Both the position numbers and the translations under genes were made by a program. From contig JAZOAC010000138.1 in assembly GCA_045595285.1 (NCBI GenBank), forward strand, positions 269 to 64,268: a DNA stretch of 64,000 nt. The letters run 5' to 3'. Below the pieces are notes generated by a model. The model was not told where the DNA came from and did no database searches. It saw only the letters and a program-made list of their open reading frames with translations. Every line of letters starts with the position of its first letter. The first letter of the stretch is position 1. Positions 35,168-44,074 of this stretch are shown here, in pieces. The stretch is from Kiritimatiellia bacterium. Lineage in GTDB: Bacteria; Verrucomicrobiota; Kiritimatiellia; RFP12; UBA1067.

Positions 35168-35683
35168 TCACTTTCTGGAACGACTCCGGTCGTCAGCCGG
35201 TTTCAGGTTTGCGCAGAGCACTCCCTGGAAACGGAGTTCGTAACCATCGCCATCGGCGGCGCGTTCGGCGAGAACGCATCCCGTACCCTCCTCGAAATAC
35301 TCCCACTGCCTGTCGTCGGTCATGTACAGAACCCCGCGCGGGCTCATGACCTGCCAGGCGACGAAACGCCGCCCGTCTGGCGCCGTGACGCGAACCTTGA
35401 GCTTTGTGCGGAACGGGAGTTCAAGCCCGTTGGGGGCGACGAACGTGGATTCGTGCTCCTCGCGGCCATAGTCGACGTCAAGATATATTCCCTCCTCGCT
35501 GACAAACCGCGCGCTCCTTATCGGAGCAAAAGTCCACGTCGCACAACCGGCAAGCAACAGTGCGCATAAAGCCGACACTGCCGACAGCCTGCGATTGACA
35601 ATCGTCAATGCACGACAGAAGCTCTTCAGGCCACAAAGCCCAAAGCGCCCCCGTGCAAGAATGCTCCGAATCTCCTCTTTCAC
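35168..35683 (-). CDS. hypothetical lipoprotein
   Basis: Lipobox LLLAGC. The start is uncertain: GTG 35683 with GAGGAAG upstream, or an internal TTG before IVNRRLSAVSALCALLLAGC. Confidence 0.55.
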   Translation of the reverse strand: MKEEIRSILARGRFGLCGLKSFCRALTIVNRRLSAVSALCALLLAGCATWTFAPIRSARFVSEEGIYLDVDYGREEHESTFVAPNGLELPFRTKLKVRVTAPDGRRFVAWQVMSPRGVLYMTDDRQWEYFEEGTGCVLAERAADGDGYELRFQGVLCANLKPADDRSRSRK

Positions 35684-35727
35684 GCTTTATTAATCTTCCT
35701 CACAGCCAACTACCATCTGCCCCCATA

Positions 35728-37755
35728 TCACATCGGATAGTCGAGAGCTTCGGGGATCATCACCGTTGTGAGGCACTTGGCCGCGTTGTCCTTCGCGATC
35801 TTCGTGCCAGCAAGCGACACATCCACCTTCGCGCGCAAAGCGCAGAACTCCGCCTGCTTTTCGGCATCGGCTGCGTTGAAGCCGAACACGACCTCCGCGC
35901 AGATGCGGGCGGCCTCGCCGGCAACGTTTCCTGCAATCGTGCCGAGCAGATCGTTGAATGTATTGAGATAGCTCTCAAGCTCCGGACCGACAACCGGATG
36001 ATCGCCGCCGGTGAGCGCAAGATGCTTGACGTCCGCATGGAAGCTCTTCGCCGCCATGAGTCCGGCCAGGGCATCGGCCATCGGGAACACCACTCCGTGA
36101 CGCTGGGACGCACCAAGCTTCTTGCCTGCGGCATCCTTCGCCGTCGCCGCAAAATCGCGCGTCCAGGCCCAGAGGCGAAGCGCCGCCGCAAGGGCGTTCA
36201 TTCCGTTGCGGTCCGCCGCCGGACACGCCTCGCACTCCTTCGCCCACGCCTCGACCTGCGCGAGGAACACGGGGTTGCCCATCGTCTCGGATATCTGGCG
36301 GCGCTGAACGGCCTCCGGACCCTCATACGTTGCATCGAGCTGCATGTCCGTCCACTTGTAGAAGAGGAATCCAGGGCAATCCTCGGTGATTCCGTATCCG
36401 CCCATGAGGGAAATCGCCTGGCGCATCACGTCCGCGCCATGACCGGTGTTCCAGAGCTTGCAGCTCGGGCAAAGCACGTTCGCAATCGCCATGAGATAGA
36501 CGTAGCGGACTGTCACATCCTCGTCCTCCTCGGGGTTCTTGCCCTCGGCGAGAAGCTGCACCGCCTTCTCCATCGGCGCCTTCATCGCCTTGAGCATGGC
36601 ACGGCCCTTGCCAAGCTTCTCCTTGGCCTCGTCCTGAATGGCCTCGATCCTGTCATAGACGCGGGAAATGTCAAAGCCGAGTGAACTTGCCGCCTCGGCC
36701 GTCGCCCACACGTCCGCCAGACGCTGCGTGACATCTTCCTTCATCTGGAGGCCGAGCGCATGGCGCGGACTGCCCTCGTTCACTCCGACCGCACCGCGGA
36801 AGCGCGTACGCTGGTAGCGGATCACAGGCTCGATCGCGGACATCAGAGACGCCGCGCCCATCACACCGACACCGACACGCGTCTTGGAGAACACCTGTGC
36901 TATGATTTCGGAATGGGAAAGGTTCGGAACGATCACGCCATCCTTGACCGTGTAGCCGCCGATGATTCTGGAGGCGGGAACGACAACGTCAATCACGGGA
37001 TCACCGGTGTTGGAAAGCTGGTGGACAAGCTTCTTGGTCTGTGCGCCACGGTCGAACTTGCCGGGGTCCGTCGCCTCGACGACAACCATGCAGGACCCCT
37101 TGAAGCGTTCGTCGCCGGAGTCAAGCGCGATTGTGATGTAGTCGCAAATCTCGATGTTCGTGATGAAACGGCCGCGCTTCTCGACGCGAAGCATGGGCTC
37201 CTCGCCATCCTTCCACTCCGCGACGGAGACGCGTCCGCAGAGCACGCCCGTATCGACGCCGACATAGGGAAGCGGCTCCGTGAGCGCGAAGGATCCGCGC
37301 CACGTCTTGCCGGACGGATTGCCGGGAGCGCAGAGGGTCATGTACTTTGTCTTCTGCTCGGGAGTTCCCATTTCGGCTATGGGGCCCATTGCGAGGTCAT
37401 TCACGAAGGAAGAGGTTGCTGCGCCATTGTCGACCCATGCCGTCTCGTACGTGACGAGCGACATCGCCAGGTTGCGAGGGCCCTCGAAGAGACCGCCGCA
37501 GTCGGCGTTGAGAGTGGCGGCGGTCATGCCGGATGCGTCGAACGCATCGAAGAGCGACTGCTTCTCGGGCGTCCACTCGTGCGTAAAGCGCTGCCCGTTC
37601 GCGACGAGGCGTGCAACCACGGAACGGGCCGTCTGCCGTGCGCCGGCGATCGCCATCTGTATATCGTAGCGCTCCGCGAAACGCCACATGATCTGGCGCA
37701 CTTCATCGCCGGGGAGCATCTTCATCGTGGGGCGTTCAACCTTGTTCTCTTCCAT
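35728..37755 (-). CDS. long acyl-CoA dehydrogenase-family flavoprotein (~675 aa)
   Basis: ORF 35728-37890 trimmed to ATG 37755, because the longer form overlaps pilB. ACAD-like blocks GSFALTEPLPYVGVDTG and IEPVIRYQRTRF, plus a long helical C-terminal extension. Confidence 0.7.
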   Translation of the reverse strand: MEENKVERPTMKMLPGDEVRQIMWRFAERYDIQMAIAGARQTARSVVARLVANGQRFTHEWTPEKQSLFDAFDASGMTAATLNADCGGLFEGPRNLAMSLVTYETAWVDNGAATSSFVNDLAMGPIAEMGTPEQKTKYMTLCAPGNPSGKTWRGSFALTEPLPYVGVDTGVLCGRVSVAEWKDGEEPMLRVEKRGRFITNIEICDYITIALDSGDERFKGSCMVVVEATDPGKFDRGAQTKKLVHQLSNTGDPVIDVVVPASRIIGGYTVKDGVIVPNLSHSEIIAQVFSKTRVGVGVMGAASLMSAIEPVIRYQRTRFRGAVGVNEGSPRHALGLQMKEDVTQRLADVWATAEAASSLGFDISRVYDRIEAIQDEAKEKLGKGRAMLKAMKAPMEKAVQLLAEGKNPEEDEDVTVRYVYLMAIANVLCPSCKLWNTGHGADVMRQAISLMGGYGITEDCPGFLFYKWTDMQLDATYEGPEAVQRRQISETMGNPVFLAQVEAWAKECEACPAADRNGMNALAAALRLWAWTRDFAATAKDAAGKKLGASQRHGVVFPMADALAGLMAAKSFHADVKHLALTGGDHPVVGPELESYLNTFNDLLGTIAGNVAGEAARICAEVVFGFNAADAEKQAEFCALRAKVDVSLAGTKIAKDNAAKCLTTVMIPEALDYPM

Positions 37756-37804
37756 CTCGATTCTCTTTTCGTTTTCTGTTTGTTTCGCGACAAAACCGAT
37801 GTCA

Positions 37805-39514
37805 TTAAGTGTAGCGGAGCACCTCGTCCACCGTGGTGTATCCGTCGAGGATGGCGCGCACGCCGTCCTCACGCATCGTACGCATGCCAAGCTCGCGCGC
37901 CTTCTCGCGGATGATGAGCGTGGGCGATCTGCGGTTGATCAGCTCACGGATCGGATTGGAGATGCGGAGGTATTCGAAGATTGCCTTGCGGCCCTTGTAT
38001 CCGGTGCCGTTGCACGTCTTGCAGCCCTTGCCGAAATAGAACGGACGCGTGCCTATCTGGTCACGGGTGAGGGAGATGCGGTCAAGGGTCTCGTCATCCG
38101 GCTCGTAGGGCTGCTTGCACTCCTTGCAGCAGGTGCGGAGAAGACGCTGGCCAAGCACCGCCTCAAGCGTGGAAGCCACCATGTACGGCGGCACGTTCAT
38201 GTCCACGAAACGCATCACCGCGCCGGCGGCGTCGTTCGTGTGCAGGGTCGAGAACACCAGATGGCCGGTGAGCGCGGCCTGAATGGCCACCTCGGCTGTT
38301 TCCAGGTCGCGGATCTCGCCGATGAGCATGATGTCCGGGTCCTGACGCAGGAACGCGCGAAGCACCTTCGGGAACGTGTTGCCGACATCATGGTTGATCG
38401 GGACCTGCACGATTCCGTCCACGTCGTATTCGACAGGTTCCTCGGCGGTGAGGATCTTAGTGTCGATGTTGTTGATGCGGCGGAGAACGGAATAGAGCGT
38501 GGTCGTCTTTCCCGAACCGGTGGGGCCCGTCACGACGATGATGCCGTTCGGCTTCTCGATATCCATCGTGATCTGCTCGTATACGTCTTCGGCGAGACCG
38601 ACGTTCTCGAGGTCGAGCGACGTCGCGCTCTGGTCGAGAATACGCATAACCACCGACTCGCCGTGCGCCGTCGGCAGGCACGACACGCGAAGGTCGACCG
38701 GGCGTCCGGCCACGTTGATCGCGATTCGTCCGTCCTGCGGAACGCGGCGTTCGGCGATGTTGAGTCCGGCCATGATCTTGATGCGCGAGATGATCGCGGG
38801 CGCCATGGAAACGTCCGGCGCCTTCATTGCGTACAAGGCACCGTCCACACGGTAGCGGATCTGGAAATCCTTCTCGAAAGGCTCGATATGGATGTCAGCC
38901 GCACGATCGACTACGCCCTGATAGAGAATCAGGTTCACGAACTTGATGACGGCGTTGTTGTTTGCCGCGCCTTCGAGCGACGCGACGTCGTTGGGGTCGC
39001 TCTTGAGAGTGTCGTCCTGATCCATGCCGGAGCCGAGGGACTTGAGCATGTCCGCGACGGAGTCGGTGTCGTCGCCGTAGTACTGGGCGATGCGGCCGTG
39101 CACGTCGGCCTCGCGCGCCATCACGAAGCGCACTTCCTTGGTCAGCACGAACGAAAGCTCGTCCGACACGCGGGGGTCGATGAGATCGCTCGTGGCAAGG
39201 GTCACGCTCGTATCGTCCGCCGCAACGGCCAGGACGTTGTACATGCGCGCGACGGAAGTGGGGATGGACTGGACGGTATCGGTGTCAAGCGTAAGCTCGG
39301 AAAGATCGATCACGTCGCATCCCTGATACGCCGCCATCATTCCGAGGAGGTCGTCCTCCATCACATATTCGCCGTCGATCAGAATCTGGCGCAGCGTCTT
39401 GCCCGTGGGGTTCTTCGACTCTTCGAGGATCGTATCCACCTGTCCGTCGTCCAGAACTCCATTCTGAACGAGAAGATCCAAAAGAGGGTCGAGAGGTTTG
39501 TTGATATCAGACAT
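37805..39514 (-). CDS. pilB: type IV pilus / type II secretion assembly ATPase (PilB/GspE family)
   Basis: 569 aa. N-terminal T2SSE_N-like domain, Walker A GPTGSGKTTT, GEIRDLETAEVAIQAALTGH, and a C-terminal CxxC...CxxC zinc motif (CKECKQ...CKTCNGTG). Confidence 0.9.
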   Translation of the reverse strand: MSDINKPLDPLLDLLVQNGVLDDGQVDTILEESKNPTGKTLRQILIDGEYVMEDDLLGMMAAYQGCDVIDLSELTLDTDTVQSIPTSVARMYNVLAVAADDTSVTLATSDLIDPRVSDELSFVLTKEVRFVMAREADVHGRIAQYYGDDTDSVADMLKSLGSGMDQDDTLKSDPNDVASLEGAANNNAVIKFVNLILYQGVVDRAADIHIEPFEKDFQIRYRVDGALYAMKAPDVSMAPAIISRIKIMAGLNIAERRVPQDGRIAINVAGRPVDLRVSCLPTAHGESVVMRILDQSATSLDLENVGLAEDVYEQITMDIEKPNGIIVVTGPTGSGKTTTLYSVLRRINNIDTKILTAEEPVEYDVDGIVQVPINHDVGNTFPKVLRAFLRQDPDIMLIGEIRDLETAEVAIQAALTGHLVFSTLHTNDAAGAVMRFVDMNVPPYMVASTLEAVLGQRLLRTCCKECKQPYEPDDETLDRISLTRDQIGTRPFYFGKGCKTCNGTGYKGRKAIFEYLRISNPIRELINRRSPTLIIREKARELGMRTMREDGVRAILDGYTTVDEVLRYT

Positions 39515-39538
39515 CTTGGACTTCCTTCAAACCGGGCG

Positions 39539-40630
39539 TCAGCGGCCCATGTCATCCTTGAGCTTTGCGACGACGCCGTCGGGATCCTGCGACTTCGTGA
39601 TCAGGTCCTCGTACGTTATGTATCCATTCTTGTAGTGTTCAAGCAGACTGTTGTCGAGCGTGACCATGCCGAATTTCGCACCCGTCTGCATGTCGGACTT
39701 GATCATGTTCGTCTTGTTGTCGCGGATGCGGCTCTGGATTGCGGGCGTGGACACCATGATCTCGAACGCCGCGATGCGGCCGTTGACCTCGCCGTTCGGT
39801 TCCTGCTTCGGCAAAAGTATCTGGGAGATGACTGCCTGCAGGCCGGCGGCAAGCTGCGTGCGTATCTGCTGCTGCTGGTTCGTCGGGAACGCGTCCACGA
39901 TGCGGTCGATCGTCTCCGCGGCGCCGGTCGTGTGAAGCGTACCGAACACGAGATGGCCAGTTTCGGCGGCGGAGATCGCTGCGGCGATCGTCTCAAGGTC
40001 GCGCATTTCGCCAACGAGAATCACATCAGGGTCCTGACGCAGCGCACGGCGGATCGCCTCCGCGAAACTCGGGACGTCCGCGCCGACCTCACGCTGGGTG
40101 ACGAGGGACTTCTGCGACGTATGGTAGAATTCGATCGGGTCCTCAATCGTGATGATGTGGACGCCGCGCTCCTTGTTGATCACGTCAAGCATGGACGCGA
40201 GCGTCGTGGACTTGCCGGAGCCCGTAGGACCCGTCACGAGCACAAGACCGCGCGGCTTGAAGAGAAGTTCGCGCACGGTGCCGGGAAGGCCGAGCTTCTC
40301 GAGCGTCATGAGCCTCGAGGGAATCATGCGGAGCACGGCGCCCCAGTTCTTGCGCTCCTTGAACACGCTGACACGGAAGCGGGTGCCATCCTCGTGAGAG
40401 AGAGCGAAGTCCGCGCCGCCATTGCGCTCGACCTCCTCTATCTGGGCATCGTTGCACATCTGGCGGCAGAGTTCAAACGTATCCTCCGGCGTGAGTATCT
40501 CGTCCGAAATGGGCTGAAGTTCGCCGTGGACACGCAGTTCCGGCGGCATGTTGGCACGTACGTGAAGGTCGGACGCCCCATACTCGATCGTTGCGTCCAA
40601 CAGGTCTCTCACCGTTATCTCTGTCGCCAT
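39539..40630 (-). CDS. pilT: twitching-motility retraction ATPase PilT
   Basis: ORF 39539-40660 (TTG) trimmed to ATG 40630 (GGAGAAAGGAAAG upstream). GASDLHV, Walker A GPTGSGKSTT, AIRRALRQDPDVILVGEMRD, LVFGTLHT. Confidence 0.9.
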   Translation of the reverse strand: MATEITVRDLLDATIEYGASDLHVRANMPPELRVHGELQPISDEILTPEDTFELCRQMCNDAQIEEVERNGGADFALSHEDGTRFRVSVFKERKNWGAVLRMIPSRLMTLEKLGLPGTVRELLFKPRGLVLVTGPTGSGKSTTLASMLDVINKERGVHIITIEDPIEFYHTSQKSLVTQREVGADVPSFAEAIRRALRQDPDVILVGEMRDLETIAAAISAAETGHLVFGTLHTTGAAETIDRIVDAFPTNQQQQIRTQLAAGLQAVISQILLPKQEPNGEVNGRIAAFEIMVSTPAIQSRIRDNKTNMIKSDMQTGAKFGMVTLDNSLLEHYKNGYITYEDLITKSQDPDGVVAKLKDDMGR

Positions 40631-40668
40631 GCTGAAACTTTCCTTTCTCCGTTTTTGCAAATGTGATG

Positions 40669-40678
40669 ATTATATCAC
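40669..40678 (-). promoter_or_regulatory. extended -10 box GTGATATAAT upstream of pilT (leadered, 38 nt to the ATG)
   Basis: attatatcac on the plus strand. The same 10-mer occurs at 3411, 34143 and 45291. Confidence 0.5.
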
Positions 40679-40734
40679 ATTATCCATCTATTATTTATTC
40701 ACTTTTTCTGGAGGTGATGAAACGCCACGGTCCT

Positions 40735-42012
40735 TCACCCACCGGCTCCATTCGCCGTCGGACAGATCAGAAACACTTTGTCGCCCACCCGGCAGCGAGG
40801 CGCAGGAAATGTCACCCATGTACCCTTCTCGGCTGTTTCTGGAATCTCATCGTCACGGCGAAGCGATTCAACCCTAAACTCCTGTACACCCGTGGTGGGA
40901 CCGTGAACCTGCACCAGGTCGCCAACCCTCAACTCCGCATCCTGTATCTTCACCTGCGCGATCTTCGCCTTGAGAAAATAGTCCAGCACGACGCCGGAAT
41001 GGCGCTTCACCTCCTTTGCGAACGAATTCGGGCCAGACGTGAACTGTTCAACGCCGGGACGTCCGAAATACAGTCCGCTCGAATATTCGCGGTGGAAGAA
41101 CCGGCGGGTGCGCTCGACAAGCGTCTCGGCTAACTCTGGAGTGAACGTCCCCGCCCTGACGGCATCCACTGCCTCGCGATACGCGCCAACGACCGTCATC
41201 ACATATTCGGGATTGCGCGCGCGTCCCTCGATCTTGAACGACGCAATGCCCGCCTCGATTAGCCTGTCCACAAACGGAAGCGAACACAGATCCTTCGCAG
41301 ACAGGACGGTGTGCGGCGTCACGGTGAACTCGGTATCGGATGAATGGACCGGTTCCCCATCCCCGTCTGAATACAGATCGACGGCCTTCAGGACGAAGGT
41401 GCGGCGGCACGGCTGGCGGCACTCCCCGCGGCTGGCGCTGCAACCGTAGGCATCATGACTCATCAGGCATCGTCCGCTCTCGGCCACGCACTGTGCGCCA
41501 TGCACAAAGCATTCAACCTCAAGCCCGCCATCGCGGACAATGCGACTGACCTCGTCAAGAGTGCATTCGCGGGCGAGTACAACGCGCGTCGCACCCTGCT
41601 CCTTGAGGAACTTCACCGCCGTGGAGTTCGATATGCTCATCTGGGTGGAGACGTGAAACGGTACACCATGCCTCTTGCACATCGCGACAACGCCCCAGTC
41701 AGCCACGATGAATGCATCCACGTACGGCTTCGCTGCCGCGATGAGTGCATCGACCTTACCGGCCTCGTCCTCGAAGATGATCGAATTGAGGGTTAGATAG
41801 CGTTTTACAGGGATGCGTCCCGGCCGGGCCCTCTCGCAGCGCCGTTTGATTTCGGGCAGATCGGCAAACGTAAAGTTTATTCCCGCACGCTGCCGCATGT
41901 TGAACTCACCCAGACCGAAATAGACTGCGTCCGCCCCCGCGTCAAGCGCGGCCTGCAGACACGTCATATCGCCTGCAGGCGCAAGTATCTCCACACTGTC
42001 AGCCGTGCACAT
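40735..42012 (-). CDS. peptidase U32-family protein (RlhA/TrhP/UbiU-type Fe-S hydroxylase-like)
   Basis: ORF 40735-42291 trimmed to ATG 42012, which overlaps the tadA stop (TAATG). MCTADSVEILAPAGD... Near-match to the U32 signature: ECFVHGAQCVAESGRCLMS plus CSASRGECRQPC. Confidence 0.8.
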   Translation of the reverse strand: MCTADSVEILAPAGDMTCLQAALDAGADAVYFGLGEFNMRQRAGINFTFADLPEIKRRCERARPGRIPVKRYLTLNSIIFEDEAGKVDALIAAAKPYVDAFIVADWGVVAMCKRHGVPFHVSTQMSISNSTAVKFLKEQGATRVVLARECTLDEVSRIVRDGGLEVECFVHGAQCVAESGRCLMSHDAYGCSASRGECRQPCRRTFVLKAVDLYSDGDGEPVHSSDTEFTVTPHTVLSAKDLCSLPFVDRLIEAGIASFKIEGRARNPEYVMTVVGAYREAVDAVRAGTFTPELAETLVERTRRFFHREYSSGLYFGRPGVEQFTSGPNSFAKEVKRHSGVVLDYFLKAKIAQVKIQDAELRVGDLVQVHGPTTGVQEFRVESLRRDDEIPETAEKGTWVTFPAPRCRVGDKVFLICPTANGAGG

Positions 42013-42551
42013 TATGCCAATCCCCGCTCTGGAGCCTGTCTCGACCCGTCGCGACGGCGGCGAAAGAAATCGCGCAGGATAAGAAGCGACTCGGCCTCCA
42101 TCACGCCCGTTACGATCTCCGGATGGTGGTTGATTCCGGGATGTCCAAAGATGTTGAACACCGTGCCGCCGCCCCGCTTCGGATCCGACACGCCCCAGAC
42201 TACGGTTGAGACGCGCGCAAGGATTATCGCTCCCGCACACATCGGACAAGGCTCCTTTGTGACGTACAGACGCGTCCCGGTGAGGCGCCACGCCCCTTTC
42301 GTCGCCGCCGCCGAGGTCAGCGCAAGCATCTCGGCATGCGCCGTCGCATCCTTGAGCATTTCCGGCTGGTTATGGGCGCGCGCAAGAATCCGGGCCGTAC
42401 AGGGATCGGGGTCGAACACTCCTTCCCTTTCGCCTTCAGCCGGCGCAGGCTCGACTATCACGCAGCCTGTCGGCACCTCACCATCGGCGGCGGCCTTTTC
42501 CGCCTCGCGGAGTGCAAGCGACATGAAATATCTGTCGAACTCGGATGTCAC
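42012..42551 (-). CDS. tadA: tRNA-specific adenosine-34 deaminase
   Basis: ORF 42012-43067 trimmed to GTG 42551 (GTGA overlap with the upstream stop); the alternative is ATG 42524. Zinc motifs HAEMLAL and PCPMCAGAI. Confidence 0.8.
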   Translation of the reverse strand: MTSEFDRYFMSLALREAEKAAADGEVPTGCVIVEPAPAEGEREGVFDPDPCTARILARAHNQPEMLKDATAHAEMLALTSAAATKGAWRLTGTRLYVTKEPCPMCAGAIILARVSTVVWGVSDPKRGGGTVFNIFGHPGINHHPEIVTGVMEAESLLILRDFFRRRRDGSRQAPERGLA

Positions 42552-42835
42552 GCTCCAACGACCTTTCTGACGGCTTCGACCGAAACGCCTGCAAGAAGTA
42601 TGCGCTTCTGCTTGGATGTCTCGCCGGACTTGAACACGACCATGCTCTTCGGCAGACCGAACGCATCCGCCAGCGTCTCTATCAGCTCCTTGTTGGCCTT
42701 GCCGTCGACAGGCGCGCACCTTATCCGCACCTTCACCGCATCGCCGAGAAGCCCATCCACGCCAGCCTTCGATGAACGCGGCTGGGCCTTCACGTTCAGG
42801 ACGACTCCATCGGCTGTTTCGGTACAGTACGCCAT
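42548..42835 (-). CDS. DUF167 / YggU-family small protein
   Basis: ORF 42548-42907 trimmed to ATG 42835, because the longer form overlaps metK. VKAQPRSSKAGVDGLLGDAVKVRIRCAPVDGKANKELIETLA is a typical YggU pattern. Confidence 0.65.
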   Translation of the reverse strand: MAYCTETADGVVLNVKAQPRSSKAGVDGLLGDAVKVRIRCAPVDGKANKELIETLADAFGLPKSMVVFKSGETSKQKRILLAGVSVEAVRKVVGA

Positions 42836-42852
42836 GCCGCCGGTCTTGAAGA

Positions 42853-44040
42853 TCAAGCTTTCCTGAAAGCGTCCTTGAGTGCGTCCACCTTGTCCGTGCG
42901 CTCCCACGGGAACACCTTGCGTCCGAAGTGTCCGTATGCAGCCGTATCCTCGTATTTCCAGCCCTTCGGCGTCGTGAGAGCAAGCGCCTCGGTGAGGGCG
43001 TACGGACGGAAATCGAATATCCTGCCCGAAAGAAGCATCTTCTCGATCTGCGCATTGGTGACGCCATGGGAGGTTCCGTAGGTCTTTACGCAGATGGACA
43101 CGGGCTTGTCTACGCCGATAGCGTACGCAACCTGTATCTGGCAGCGGTCGGCAAGGCCTGCGGCCACGATGTTCTTCGCCGCATAGCGCGCATAGTAGGC
43201 GGCGCTGCGGTCAACCTTGGAGGGATCCTTTCCGGAGAACGCTCCGCCGCCGTGTGCGGCCATGCCGCCATAGGTGTCGACAATGATCTTGCGTCCGGTG
43301 AGACCGGAGTCTCCGCACGGGCCGCCAACCACGAACTTGCCTGTCGGGTTGATGTAGAACCTGGTGCGGTTAGTCAGAAGCTTCGTCTTTGAGAGAAAGG
43401 CATACGCCGCCTCCTTCATGGCCGCATAGCATTTCGCGTTCGCGCCCTCTTCGGTCGTCTGATGGGAAAGCACCACAGTCTCGATGGAGAGCGGCTTGCC
43501 GTTCTCGTAGACGACAGAAATCTGCCCCTTGGAGTCTGGACGGAGGAAGGGCAGAGTCCCCTTCCTGCGGAGCTTTGCGAAATGCTCAAGAAGCGAATGC
43601 GAATACATGATCGTCGCCGGCATCAGCTCCTTGGTCTCGTTCGTGGCATAGCCGAACATCATGCCCTGATCGCCAGCGCCTTGCTTCGCCTTTGTCTTGC
43701 GGTTCACGCCACGGGCGATGTCCGGACTCTGCCCGTGAAGCGCGCTCATGTACGTAAGCGATTCCCACGAGAACCCCTCTGCGGCGCAGTCGTAGCCGAT
43801 TTTCTTCACGACCTTGCGCGCAATGGCGCCGGTATCTATATCCTTGAAACCACGGCACGTGATTTCCCCTGCGTTGACAACGAGATCAGGTGCGACCATC
43901 GTCTCGCAGGCGACTCGCGCATTGGAATCCTTGGCAAGGCAAGCATCGAGAATGGCGTCCGATATCTGGTCGGCGACCTTGTCGGGATGGCCCTCCGATA
44001 CCGACTCCGAAGTAAATACATGGCGATGTGCGTCTTTCAT
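42853..44040 (-). CDS. metK: S-adenosylmethionine synthetase
   Basis: 395 aa. GHPDKVADQISDAILDA, GAGDQGMMFGYA, GGGAFSGKDPSKVDRSAAY. Confidence 0.97.
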   Translation of the reverse strand: MKDAHRHVFTSESVSEGHPDKVADQISDAILDACLAKDSNARVACETMVAPDLVVNAGEITCRGFKDIDTGAIARKVVKKIGYDCAAEGFSWESLTYMSALHGQSPDIARGVNRKTKAKQGAGDQGMMFGYATNETKELMPATIMYSHSLLEHFAKLRRKGTLPFLRPDSKGQISVVYENGKPLSIETVVLSHQTTEEGANAKCYAAMKEAAYAFLSKTKLLTNRTRFYINPTGKFVVGGPCGDSGLTGRKIIVDTYGGMAAHGGGAFSGKDPSKVDRSAAYYARYAAKNIVAAGLADRCQIQVAYAIGVDKPVSICVKTYGTSHGVTNAQIEKMLLSGRIFDFRPYALTEALALTTPKGWKYEDTAAYGHFGRKVFPWERTDKVDALKDAFRKA

Positions 44041-44074
44041 TGCAATTTTCCTGTTCTTGAAATTAAAGTTCTTG

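Noticed and set aside
40658-40660. TTG 8 nt after the GTGATATAAT box as a leaderless pilT start
   Set aside because: Leaderless initiation normally needs AUG. The ATG at 40630 has a GGAGAAAGGAAAG Shine-Dalgarno and gives the PilT-typical N-terminus (MATEITVRDLL...GASDLH).
37688-40666. 992-aa plus-strand ORF, the longest ORF on that strand
   Set aside because: It is antisense to pilB and pilT, which have textbook Walker motifs. Its translation is R/H/D/V-rich with no motifs. It is a high-GC shadow ORF.
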